Made by a program: the position numbers and the translations under genes. Positions 48,659 through 57,856 of a stretch of 64,000 nucleotides of DNA are shown piece after piece. The notes beneath the pieces were generated by a model. That model made no database searches. It had not been told where the DNA came from and worked only from the letters and a program-made list of their open reading frames with translations. Position 1 is the first letter of the stretch, and every line of letters starts with the position of its first letter. This DNA comes from a virus, in the IMG/VR virus record IMGVR_UViG_3300028025_006304, positions 1 through 64,000 of that record; one strand, given 5' to 3'.

Positions 48659-49495
48659 TCACCAAAATCCTGTAAAATTTGATTTAAGACCCAATAACTT
48701 TGCGTATCTTGGGAGCCTACATGACCAGAATGATGCTTTTGTTTTGTCTTTTTTATTTTTACAATCGTGGCGGGCCGCAAATGCTCTACGTGCCTCTGGA
48801 TTGTTTATCTTAGCTGATAAACCTGAAGTATCACCAAATGATACTTTTTTAATCTTTTTAGTGCGTGGGTCGCGAACGTAAACATAGAATTTTTTAGAGC
48901 CACCGCGTTTTGGTTTGCCAATTGGGGGTGTTTTCTTTTTTTTATCTGCTTCTTCTAATTTTTTAGAGATTTTGTATAATCCCATTGACTCCATTCGCTC
49001 TAAACCATTTAAAGATACATTATTTACAGTTAAATTATTGTTTCCTACATTTAGACTTTTCATTTGATTAGGAGCTAACATTTTAGAAAAGGTTGGAATT
49101 GCTTTAAACCTATCTAAAAGTTTATTATTTTCAAAAGTAAGCGTAATTTCGTGGGTATTTTTTTTATCTGCTTCTTCTAATTCAATTTCTTCCATTATGA
49201 AATCTAATGGAACTTTTTTACCTTCGTATAAACCAAAATGACCTAAATCTGTTTCAGTTAGTATCTCTAAATCATCTCCTTGTACCTCAATGATGTTGCG
49301 GCTGTATAAAGCGCGTGCTTCTGCCCATAAATTGAAATAGCTTTCCGAGCCTGCACGATATACGTGCTCTGTAAGAGGTCGTGCGTTATCTAAGTGATAT
49401 TTCAACCCCTCGGAAAGGATTGCTTTTGGGGCTACACTTTCGTTTAGCACCACTGGTCTTTTTGAATCGCAAGTATTGCAGCCGCAGTCACACAT
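48659..49495 (-). CDS. Modular hypothetical protein (DUF6321-like C-terminus)
   Basis: KKFYVYV...KVSFGD...F.ARH.C...FWSCR; internal module bounded by LEEADKK twice. Confidence 0.65.
   Translation of the reverse strand: MCDCGCNTCDSKRPVVLNESVAPKAILSEGLKYHLDNARPLTEHVYRAGSESYFNLWAEARALYSRNIIEVQGDDLEILTETDLGHFGLYEGKKVPLDFIMEEIELEEADKKNTHEITLTFENNKLLDRFKAIPTFSKMLAPNQMKSLNVGNNNLTVNNVSLNGLERMESMGLYKISKKLEEADKKKKTPPIGKPKRGGSKKFYVYVRDPRTKKIKKVSFGDTSGLSAKINNPEARRAFAARHDCKNKKDKTKASFWSCRLPRYAKLLGLKSNFTGFW
48936..49182. repeat. Perfect 25-bp direct repeat pair
   Basis: ttttttttatctgcttcttctaatt at 48936-48960 and 49158-49182 (222 bp apart, in frame). Confidence 0.85.
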
Positions 49496-49496
49496 A

Positions 49497-50471
49497 TTAT
49501 TTAAATAATCTAGGGAAGTTCATACCTAATTCAGAAGAAGAAACATAAACACCGTTTAATATTCTTTCACTATCTATATTATCTACTACAGTATCATTCA
49601 TAACATAGAATTTACCTTGTCCGTTTTCGCTTACGTTAAGTACATATCCTACGTCTTTACCCATTCTAGGTTTTTTTAGCAATTTAGTTTTTAAAATTTG
49701 CTTAAGCAATTTACCTGCACCTTCTTGGGGGCTGGCAGTTGGTGCTAAATCTAATCTAGAATATAAAGAATCAATACGCTTGTATAAAGGTTCAAACGCA
49801 TCTATGTCTCTTAATTGTTTGTTTTTCTCAAACATAGACATAATTTCGAAAGCTGGAAGTATATCGTTTCCTTTAAAGTTACCTGCGTTGATTGTAACAT
49901 CAGATTCTTCATCGAATTTGCTAAATAAAGTTAAAATTGCTATTACACTATTTAGTAATGCTATATTTGCTTTATCGCCTGCAAATTTACCTAAGGTAAT
50001 ATTAGAGGTATCGTATGATTTAATTTCGCATCCAAAACCATCAATGGTTAAATCCGGATCTTCTCCTTTTCTAGAATCGGTAACGTTGTGTTTATTAACG
50101 TTAAATTCAAAAGCCCAGTAAGTAGCAATTTCTCCTTTACCAGCACCTGCTGTTGGGATATCGCTGTCTTTTTTAAGTGGGAGGATTGGATATAAAATTT
50201 TCCAAATTTCTTCGTCTTTACCACCTAAATTAAAATCTTCACCTAGTTCTAAAGGAGTATTACAATCCGGAATTTTTTCACCTTCTTTTAAACCTAAAGC
50301 TTTACGAATCCTAACATTATAGTCTACTTGTGCCTCGTTAATAATAATTTCACCCATAAAATCTTCGGCTAGTTCAAATAACATAGCTTTATCTTTTGGG
50401 TCATTAATATCAGGGTATCCTTTTGGGAACTTCCAAGCTACACTTTTGATGAATTTATCTAATTGATTCAT
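49497..50471 (-). CDS. Hypothetical protein, possible PD-(D/E)xK fold
   Basis: GKGEIA...PDLTIDG...EIKSY. Confidence 0.55.
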   Translation of the reverse strand: MNQLDKFIKSVAWKFPKGYPDINDPKDKAMLFELAEDFMGEIIINEAQVDYNVRIRKALGLKEGEKIPDCNTPLELGEDFNLGGKDEEIWKILYPILPLKKDSDIPTAGAGKGEIATYWAFEFNVNKHNVTDSRKGEDPDLTIDGFGCEIKSYDTSNITLGKFAGDKANIALLNSVIAILTLFSKFDEESDVTINAGNFKGNDILPAFEIMSMFEKNKQLRDIDAFEPLYKRIDSLYSRLDLAPTASPQEGAGKLLKQILKTKLLKKPRMGKDVGYVLNVSENGQGKFYVMNDTVVDNIDSERILNGVYVSSSELGMNFPRLFK

Positions 50472-50914
50472 TATACTTCGGGTTCTGCTGCTGGTTCTTC
50501 TACTGGTGTTTCTGGAGTTGCTGTTTCAGCTCCTTCCGCCGGTGCTTCTGCTTTGCTTCCGTAACGTAATATACGAGAGATAGATTCGCAAGCCGACTCT
50601 TCTTCGTTCAAATTAAGTAGATAGTATTTTTTACCTTCTACTTGAGCAATCCAGCTTTTGGGTGTGTAAATAAGATAAAAATCTTGTCCGTTTTTTAGAT
50701 TGATACGGAATGTTGTAGGACGAGGAGCAACCCAATCAATTGAGGCTAAAAAGTAGTCAAAATCTGGAGATAATAGATCTACTATAACCGCTTTAAGTTC
50801 TGGGAATTTTGTTAGCTCATCGTATTCGGCAGCAGCAACGTTAGCCTTGAGTCTGCCTCTATAGACATCCTTGGTTAACGTTCTGATTTTGGCTACGAGT
50901 TCTTCACGAGTCAT
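50471..50914 (-). CDS. Hypothetical protein
   Basis: 147 aa with Pro/Glu/Ala-rich tail. Confidence 0.6.
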   Translation of the reverse strand: MTREELVAKIRTLTKDVYRGRLKANVAAAEYDELTKFPELKAVIVDLLSPDFDYFLASIDWVAPRPTTFRINLKNGQDFYLIYTPKSWIAQVEGKKYYLLNLNEEESACESISRILRYGSKAEAPAEGAETATPETPVEEPAAEPEV

Positions 50915-52083
50915 TATCCTCTAGCTTTTTGTTTTGCGGTTGGACCTTTACCACCACCTTTTGCTTTATATGAAGCTACAGCGCCAGCAATTGCTTTAGC
51001 GGCTTTTTCTGATTTGCCTCCTTTTTTAAGTTTACCAACAAGTTTTTCGAATGATTCGTCTAATTCAGCTGTTGCTTTTTTAAAGTAGCCTTTTGGTAAA
51101 CCTTCTGATACAGTACCCATAAATGCTCTAGCTTCGTCTTCGTCTGTAAATATTTTTTCTTTTTTACCGTCCATAGTACGGTAAGTAACAATCCAAAAAC
51201 GACCTTCTGGTTCTAGACTAGCGAGTTCGTTATGTCCTAAGTTACCTTCTTCGATTTCGTCTTCTAGAGGTTCAGAAGGAATATTTGGGATAATATCTTC
51301 ACCCGTAGCAACACCTACCATTGCATCGATTTCTGGTTCTTTTAATTCGAACTCAAGATAATGCTTAGCGCTAGAAACCATATTTTTAGCTGTGGTAATT
51401 TTTGCTTGCCACCATGCTGGGAAATCTACTTCACCTTCACCTTCAAATTGATCTACCATCTGGTAAAGTTCCATAGCGTATTTTCCAATACGATATAGTT
51501 CGCTTTTGATCATGTGTGGTTCGTCGTCTTCGTGGCCTAAGTCTAAATCCTCACCCAAACCTAAAGGTTTTCCTTCGTCATCATATGACATAGGAATTTC
51601 ATCTTCATCATCTAATTGAGCTTGGTCTGGGTTATAATCTTCGCCTACCATTTTACCACCAATATACTCTTCGTAATCAACAATAAAATCATCTTCACTG
51701 TAATCAACATATCCTTCTACCCCATTGAGGCGAATATCGTTAACTAATGATTTAACATAAGTAGCCCAATCTCTATCTTCAGGACCCTCCTTTAATTCAA
51801 TGCCTCTACCCTTAAGGATATCTGCTTTGGTCACTTTGCCATCGCCAGTTAAATCAGGAAATGATTTTTTCTTTTCGTTCATTAAGGCTGCTCTAACTAG
51901 TTCTTTTAGATTTGATTTTTCCATTTCAGATTCTGCTACTTTTTTTGCTATGTTTGTGGCGCGACCATACATTACTTTCTCAGCGTCTGGACCATAACGC
52001 TTAACAAGACTATGCTTGTTTTTTTTCATCTTTTGGATGACGTCTTCGCGTTTGGCGAGTTCGGCTGAAGAAAGTTTTGCCAT
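50914..52083 (-). CDS. Modular acidic protein with a dockerin/EF-hand-like loop
   Basis: PDLTGDGKVTKAD; many [ILV]-x-E sites between segments. Confidence 0.6.
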   Translation of the reverse strand: MAKLSSAELAKREDVIQKMKKNKHSLVKRYGPDAEKVMYGRATNIAKKVAESEMEKSNLKELVRAALMNEKKKSFPDLTGDGKVTKADILKGRGIELKEGPEDRDWATYVKSLVNDIRLNGVEGYVDYSEDDFIVDYEEYIGGKMVGEDYNPDQAQLDDEDEIPMSYDDEGKPLGLGEDLDLGHEDDEPHMIKSELYRIGKYAMELYQMVDQFEGEGEVDFPAWWQAKITTAKNMVSSAKHYLEFELKEPEIDAMVGVATGEDIIPNIPSEPLEDEIEEGNLGHNELASLEPEGRFWIVTYRTMDGKKEKIFTDEDEARAFMGTVSEGLPKGYFKKATAELDESFEKLVGKLKKGGKSEKAAKAIAGAVASYKAKGGGKGPTAKQKARG

Positions 52084-52084
52084 T

Positions 52085-52258
52085 TTACTTTTGCTTGTCT
52101 TCTGCAGTAGATGCCTTGCGGTATTCTGTTGCTAGTTTTTTAAGCTCACCTGCTGCTTTACGAGCACGTCCGTGTGCTGCTTTAGCTGTTTTGTGGTGTT
52201 CGATAGTTAGGGTTTCTAAAACCGCTACCATTTTGTCGTGTAGTTCTTGTGATGTCAT
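52085..52258 (-). CDS. Histone H1-like (Hc1-type) small basic protein, 57 aa (not in the ORF track)
   Basis: MTSQELHDKMVAVLETLTIEHHKTAKAAHGRARKAAGELKKLATEYRKASTAEDKQK; KAA..RARK...ELKK...EYRK.S pattern. Confidence 0.7.
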   Translation of the reverse strand: MTSQELHDKMVAVLETLTIEHHKTAKAAHGRARKAAGELKKLATEYRKASTAEDKQK

Positions 52259-52267
52259 ATCTTTTAT

Positions 52268-52906
52268 TTATTTAATTTTATTCCAAAGTGGGAAAGCTAA
52301 ACCTTCGTTTAATTTTTCTCCGGCTTTTTTTCCTTTTTCGTATTCGTATCTTTCGTCGTCGCCAACGTATTTTTCTTCTTGATCTTCAACCTCGTCTACT
52401 TTTGCTCTTGTTGGCTCGTCTCCTGCAACTACAAAGTCGCGAGTAAAGAATGTGATTGTATTACCAACCTGAGTGATAAATTTTTGATCACCAAATTCTT
52501 CTGCTTGTGCTCTTAGAGTTTCAAGTGTGTCAAGAATTTTTCTTGTTTCGTTTGGAAGTGAAGATAAAGAAACGATTTTCTTGTCTACTACGATCGAGTC
52601 ATTTTTTTCTTCTCCACCGTCTGTAGTTTCTGCTTCAGCGTCTACTTCAATATCTGTTTCTTCTTCGTCTCCTTTAGCTTCTGCTAGATAAGGATCAACT
52701 GCAGTTCCAGTGATACGAGCTAAGATTTCTTCAGCTGATTCTTCTTCGTCGGCTTCGTCTAGATTAGCGATCATTTCGTCTAGATCTTCTTCGTATAGAT
52801 CATCGTACATACCACCTAAAGCAGCATCGTCGTCTTGAGCATTAGTAAAGTCTGCTTCTGATAGGTAAGCAGCCTTGATCATTTCTTTTAAGTCGGATTT
52901 TTTCAT
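52268..52906 (-). CDS. Acidic hypothetical protein with MKKSDLKEMIK leader
   Basis: 212 aa; LSEA, LDEA, LAEA, LNEG. Confidence 0.6.
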   Translation of the reverse strand: MKKSDLKEMIKAAYLSEADFTNAQDDDAALGGMYDDLYEEDLDEMIANLDEADEEESAEEILARITGTAVDPYLAEAKGDEEETDIEVDAEAETTDGGEEKNDSIVVDKKIVSLSSLPNETRKILDTLETLRAQAEEFGDQKFITQVGNTITFFTRDFVVAGDEPTRAKVDEVEDQEEKYVGDDERYEYEKGKKAGEKLNEGLAFPLWNKIK

Positions 52907-52928
52907 TGCAATGAATTTGAGTATATGT

Positions 52929-52937
52929 TATAAATAT
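52929..52937 (-). promoter_or_regulatory. ATATTTATA late-promoter-like motif
   Basis: Upstream of 52268..52906. Confidence 0.6.
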
Positions 52938-52941
52938 GTGT

Positions 52942-53223
52942 TTATTTCCTAAAGCGTACTTTGGCCTTAGGTGTGTTCGATACAAACTGTTTACCTTTTT
53001 TACTACCAGCTACTTTTTTTCTTGCGGTAGCTGCTCTTTGTGCTTTAGTTAAGCGTTGTGCTTTTGCTTTTGGTAAGCAACGTGTTGTTGCTTGACCTTT
53101 TTTCATCGTACCACAAGGACCTGTTATATTACCTGCAGTATCAATACGCACCCAGTTCTCTTTTTTGAACCAATCGCGTAGCGATTCTGTGATTATCTCT
53201 TGTAGACGTTCTTGGGTTATCAT
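52942..53223 (-). CDS. Small basic protein (DUF5872-like)
   Basis: LRDWFKKENW...RCLPKAKA. Confidence 0.6.
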   Translation of the reverse strand: MITQERLQEIITESLRDWFKKENWVRIDTAGNITGPCGTMKKGQATTRCLPKAKAQRLTKAQRAATARKKVAGSKKGKQFVSNTPKAKVRFRK

Positions 53224-53906
53224 CCCTTCATTTGCCCTTTACATACTTTAACAGCACGGCCTGAAAGATAGGCGGATGATTTCTCACCAGCAGCCATTCT
53301 TTTCTTAATATATGCTTTACCTTTTGGGCAAAGTTCCTCGTAGATAACACTTTCACCTAAACGTGATGTTTTTGCTTCATCTAAATCCTGGATGATTTTA
53401 TTTAGGATTCTACTCATTGTATCCGGAGTAAGACCAGGTGTTTCACCTTTTGGATTTTCGGGTGATACTAGTTGTGGAGAGTAACCTACTTCTTCTTTAA
53501 TTTCGACGTTTGGGTCAAGAGCTCTATAGGCGTCTTCAAGGGCTTTTTTTAAGATATTAATAGCAGGTGTATTATCTCTATTTTTAGAAAAAATTTGAGC
53601 TGCTAATTTAGCCGCTAAAGTTTCAATTTGCTTTTTTGGAACTAGAAGAGTCTCATCTACTTGCTCACCTCCACCAACTAAATCGTTGTAATCTTCCATT
53701 GAAAGAAGACCTCTCAATTTAACTGCCTCAATAGCGCGTTCAGTTACATTGTGAAGGTCCATATCTGTTTTAGCATCTTCTCTAGCGTATTCTAACATAC
53801 GAATAAAGAGAGGAACATCCATAGCGATTATATCGGTTGGATCTTCTTGTTGAGCTTCTCCCATTGGTTTAGAGAAAAACTCTTGTACTCTTTTTAGGTC
53901 TTCCAT
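53220..53906 (-). CDS. Modular hypothetical protein
   Basis: MDVPLFIRMLEYAREDA module; C-terminal LCPKG...SAYLSG.AVKVCKG module. Confidence 0.6.
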   Translation of the reverse strand: MEDLKRVQEFFSKPMGEAQQEDPTDIIAMDVPLFIRMLEYAREDAKTDMDLHNVTERAIEAVKLRGLLSMEDYNDLVGGGEQVDETLLVPKKQIETLAAKLAAQIFSKNRDNTPAINILKKALEDAYRALDPNVEIKEEVGYSPQLVSPENPKGETPGLTPDTMSRILNKIIQDLDEAKTSRLGESVIYEELCPKGKAYIKKRMAAGEKSSAYLSGRAVKVCKGQMKG

Positions 53907-54361
53907 TATTTGGCAAATTTAATACGTGGGTAGTAATCTCTTTCTCCTGGATCGTAATCGTATCCAGAATCGGATTGATCTCGGTCTACTTTGTAACCTT
54001 TACTTTCAGCCCATTTGATCATTTCTTCAAATGTATCATCGCTAATATCATCTTTACGGTAGATGGTTATACCATACATGTTAATAGCTGCTCTGTCTCC
54101 AAATTTTTTTTTAAATTCTTTTTCAAGAGAACTATTATCTACAGATTCACCTAATGTTGAATCAACTTTACTCATGCTATTAGTGATGAAATTACGCATT
54201 TTATCGAGGTACGCGGCTGCATCAGCACCGTTGGCGTCTTTTAAATAACCAATGATTATATCCAAATATTCATCGTATTTAGATCTATTTTCTTCAATAC
54301 CGGCCTCGGCTAGATATCGTTTTTTGTTCCATTTGGCTACGTCAAAGCTCATAATATGCAA
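53906..54361 (-). CDS. Hypothetical protein
   Basis: 151 aa; FDVAKWNKKRYLAE leader. Confidence 0.55.
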   Translation of the reverse strand: MHIMSFDVAKWNKKRYLAEAGIEENRSKYDEYLDIIIGYLKDANGADAAAYLDKMRNFITNSMSKVDSTLGESVDNSSLEKEFKKKFGDRAAINMYGITIYRKDDISDDTFEEMIKWAESKGYKVDRDQSDSGYDYDPGERDYYPRIKFAK

Positions 54362-54380
54362 ATTTATATGGTGATAAATA

Positions 54381-54962
54381 TTAGGTTTTCTTTAAACTTT
54401 GCAAATATTTAATAGTTTCCTCTTTTGACTCAAGGAGTTTATTTTTGACTGAACCTGTCCATTTTTCTACGTCACCTGCCTCCGTAATATACGACTGGAT
54501 AGCATTGTGTTTGATTTCCTCGTTCATCCATAGCTCAAACGTTTCTATAATACCTTCAATATCTGAATTGTAGATTGTTTTTTCATATTCTTCCCAAAGT
54601 CCTTCTCTACGGATAGCTGCTTCAAAATCTATTTGGCAGTTAAAACAGCGTTTATACATGCTAAACCACTTTTTATCCAAATGTGGTTTCATTGTTTTCT
54701 TACAGGAAGGACAAAAAATGGGGAAATTAACCGCTTCACGAGCTTTATCAAGTTTTGTAACATTTTGTTTAATGCCATCCTTAATAGTCCACGTCTTATC
54801 TTCTTGATCCCATATATCTCCTTCGATATGTGGACCTTCTTGTTCTTTTGTAAAACCGACTGAAGTTGAGGATTTATCTGCATATTTTCCTTTTACTAGG
54901 TTTCTTAGACGTTGTACATCTTTTTCCTGGAATTGTTTTTTTAGAACATTTTCTTTACTCAT
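54381..54962 (-). CDS. Zn-ribbon-containing hypothetical protein
   Basis: CPSC...CFNC. Confidence 0.6.
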   Translation of the reverse strand: MSKENVLKKQFQEKDVQRLRNLVKGKYADKSSTSVGFTKEQEGPHIEGDIWDQEDKTWTIKDGIKQNVTKLDKAREAVNFPIFCPSCKKTMKPHLDKKWFSMYKRCFNCQIDFEAAIRREGLWEEYEKTIYNSDIEGIIETFELWMNEEIKHNAIQSYITEAGDVEKWTGSVKNKLLESKEETIKYLQSLKKT

Positions 54963-57493
54963 AAACCTAAGTCTTGTAACTGTTTGATTGTGTTAGCTGC
55001 TGAAGTGTGTAATATACCAATTCCACCATTAGCATTCCATGAATCGATAGTATCTTTTCTATCGTCTATTAAAATTTTATTTTGCCCAGCAAAATCGGCT
55101 TTCCTTTTAGCGGAACGAAAATATAATTTACGCATGTTAGGTAAACGTTGAACCCACTCGGTTTTACCTTGCATTGATTCGTTATTGTCTAACTTATAGC
55201 GTTCCTCAAATGGGATATCGAAATTAACAGAGGGGGCAGTTAAAACGTATGGGTTATATTCTTTGATATAGTCCCAAAGTTGTTTTCCATCGGGCATCCA
55301 ATCTAGGTTAGCCCAATATGAACGTTCGGGGATGTCTTTTTCTTTTAGACTGTTTCTAAATAAACTCCAAAATTCGTTTTTACCTTGTGAATCGGCGTGT
55401 TGAGTACTTACACCTGTTAGTTCTTTATACCCCTCATCGAAGTCCACTAACACACCATCCATATCACAAAATATCACATATTTCTTCTCTCTCATTTCCC
55501 CATCATTTTCATTAACACCCGTATTATGAAGGTACGAGATCTCTTCTAGGGGGGCAAGTTTAGCTACGAGTGCTGAGCCTTCTTTTTCAAATTTTGCTTT
55601 AGGGTATACTTTTTTGATGAATGCTTGGTAGAGATTATCGCGTTGGTTTCCCAAAACATCTTCACCTTTTTTAGGTGCTGGGTTATAAATTAACGCGTTA
55701 GTGTTTTTAAAGTCGGGGATGAGTTTGATTCCGGTTTGGATTATGTCTACTATTGTAGCCATCACTCGGAATACCTCTCCTCTGTTTATTACAGCACTAT
55801 CTGATTTACTTACACCCTTCTCTCCAGCTCCAAATCCGACCTCCATTCCATTTATATCCTCTCCTGTCTCATCATCCTCGTAATTGAGGGTTGTCAATTC
55901 AACCTCATATTCGATTCCACTGTCTGTAGTAAAACCAAACTCATAATCGCCTGGGTTAGTATTGGTAATTTCCCATTCATAGGGTTTTGAGGTGGCTTCT
56001 CCAACCTCTTGTAAACCCATAGCCAATTCACGAGCGTATTGGTTTAAACCGAATGGGTCTTTTACAGTTTTAAGTTTAATATCTGAGTTTTGAAGAAATT
56101 GTCCTTTAGGTGCTTTTTTAGGTTCAGAAGAAACCAACGAACCCTCATTTTGTAAACTATCAGTCCAGTTACGGAATGTCATAGTACCCTTTAGGTTAGC
56201 TTCAGCTTCAATATCGTTTAGATGATCGTCCTCTTGAGTATTTGTAGTTGTAATATCTCCCAATCTACCCTCCAGATTTTGGATATGGTGAATCATCTCA
56301 TGCGCGTAAGAACGCACAATATCTTTGGGATGACGCCCGTAAGTGTATAGGGTGATAGACTTATTGATCGGATCATAGTACGCGGTTTTACCCAAGAATT
56401 CTTCGGCATTAACCATATCATCACCTACTAGCTCAATGCTGGGAACAGGATCAATATTATATCCTTTCCCACGCATGTAATTAGTTAACTCGGCTATTTT
56501 TTCGAGTATGTCAATAGATGGGATAGTGTTTTCTTTTAACGGTTTATACCCTGAACCAAATGGAGCTGATTTACCATCATGGTTAGGTGCTACGTTTTCT
56601 TTTTTTAGACGTTGGGTTTTTTCTTTAGATGCTTCTTTTCTTTGTTCAGCATAATCTAAAGCTGTTTTTAAACGTCTTTTAACCTCAGGATCTTTTGCTC
56701 TTTCGTAAGCTGCTCTAACACGCTGGTGAATTAAATTAATAATTTGAGATTGGCGAGCGTGTGATTTTGATTTAAAAGATTCTTTAGATAGTGTGTCTAT
56801 AATATCTTGTTTAGTAGAGAATTTAACACCTACAGTATCGCTTGGATCTTCGTCTGTGTATAATCTACGAGATGATCCTTTTGGTTTTTTACCTGTACCT
56901 GTTTTAGGATCTCCTTCTTTTAAAACGTTTGGTTCTAAAATATTGTAAATATCTTCCTTTTCGTTAGCTGGAATCTCAGTAGGGAGATAAGTAAAGAATT
57001 TTTCTTTATCCCCTTTTTGAAGTGCTTTACGAGCGTTTGTTCCACTCATATCACCAGCTGGGGTTTTAATTACTCGAACCTCTATGTTAGGGTATTTTTC
57101 TTCTACCCCCTTGGTGCGAGAGATAATATCTTGTAAATCATCTTCTCTACCTTCACGGTAACCCAAAACAAAATATACTTTCTCGTCTGGGTGGTTTTTA
57201 GCATAACGTAAGATATCTCCGATTGGGGAAGCTGATGGTTCTATTTGAACTTTAGATGGGAGCAATTCCTTGTAAATATCCCATATTTGCATAGATTGTT
57301 CTTGTTCGATTCCATCTCTAACACCCCCACCAACATAGATTAAAAATTTGTCTATGTCTTTAAAATCTTTTAAAGCTGTTTTAACTAAGTCAAAGTGACC
57401 TTTGGTGGGTGGTTTAAAACCACCCCCATAGATTGCTGTAACGGATTTTCCGTCTATTAGCTCGTTAACTAAAAACTTAGTTAATTCGTCCAT
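54959..57493 (-). CDS. Multidomain protein: HxGH nucleotidyltransferase + zincin-like domain + HAD 5'(3')-nucleotidase
   Basis: GGFKPPTKGH and MSGTNARK; RSYAHEMIHH; CDMDGVLVDF...LIDD. Confidence 0.75.
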   Translation of the reverse strand: MDELTKFLVNELIDGKSVTAIYGGGFKPPTKGHFDLVKTALKDFKDIDKFLIYVGGGVRDGIEQEQSMQIWDIYKELLPSKVQIEPSASPIGDILRYAKNHPDEKVYFVLGYREGREDDLQDIISRTKGVEEKYPNIEVRVIKTPAGDMSGTNARKALQKGDKEKFFTYLPTEIPANEKEDIYNILEPNVLKEGDPKTGTGKKPKGSSRRLYTDEDPSDTVGVKFSTKQDIIDTLSKESFKSKSHARQSQIINLIHQRVRAAYERAKDPEVKRRLKTALDYAEQRKEASKEKTQRLKKENVAPNHDGKSAPFGSGYKPLKENTIPSIDILEKIAELTNYMRGKGYNIDPVPSIELVGDDMVNAEEFLGKTAYYDPINKSITLYTYGRHPKDIVRSYAHEMIHHIQNLEGRLGDITTTNTQEDDHLNDIEAEANLKGTMTFRNWTDSLQNEGSLVSSEPKKAPKGQFLQNSDIKLKTVKDPFGLNQYARELAMGLQEVGEATSKPYEWEITNTNPGDYEFGFTTDSGIEYEVELTTLNYEDDETGEDINGMEVGFGAGEKGVSKSDSAVINRGEVFRVMATIVDIIQTGIKLIPDFKNTNALIYNPAPKKGEDVLGNQRDNLYQAFIKKVYPKAKFEKEGSALVAKLAPLEEISYLHNTGVNENDGEMREKKYVIFCDMDGVLVDFDEGYKELTGVSTQHADSQGKNEFWSLFRNSLKEKDIPERSYWANLDWMPDGKQLWDYIKEYNPYVLTAPSVNFDIPFEERYKLDNNESMQGKTEWVQRLPNMRKLYFRSAKRKADFAGQNKILIDDRKDTIDSWNANGGIGILHTSAANTIKQLQDLGL

Positions 57494-57856
57494 TTACTGA
57501 AGCTTCATGATAAGCTCTTTTGCCTTAGCTTTCTTATCAGCGATTGCTGTTTTAGCTGCTCTATACTCTTCCATTTCGCGCTTAAGAGCTTCTTTCTGCA
57601 TTTCGTACTCTTTCATAGCTGTTTTAGCATGTTTGCGAGCCGCTGATTTATTAGTACCTGCATAAGCAGCTGCAATCTCGTTCATGTCAATAGTATCGTA
57701 GATTGAAGCAGGACGGATCATATCATCCATAGACATACCTCTCATTGGTTTCATTACAAGAATGATTTCGCCAATCTCGTTATATGGCTCTTTCATTTCC
57801 ATTGTTTCTGCTTCAAGGGCTTCCTTAATAAGGGATTTTAATACTGATTTTTTCAT
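57494..57856 (-). CDS. Hypothetical protein with MKKSVLKSLIKE leader
   Basis: 120 aa, basic helical C-terminus. Confidence 0.6.
   Translation of the reverse strand: MKKSVLKSLIKEALEAETMEMKEPYNEIGEIILVMKPMRGMSMDDMIRPASIYDTIDMNEIAAAYAGTNKSAARKHAKTAMKEYEMQKEALKREMEEYRAAKTAIADKKAKAKELIMKLQ

Noticed and set aside
32542-55883. Plus-strand ORFs of 60-113 aa opposite capsid, scaffold, terminase and accessory genes
   Set aside because: Antisense shadows of biased minus-strand codons (e.g. Ser-rich frames opposite acidic proteins); no plus-strand signals found
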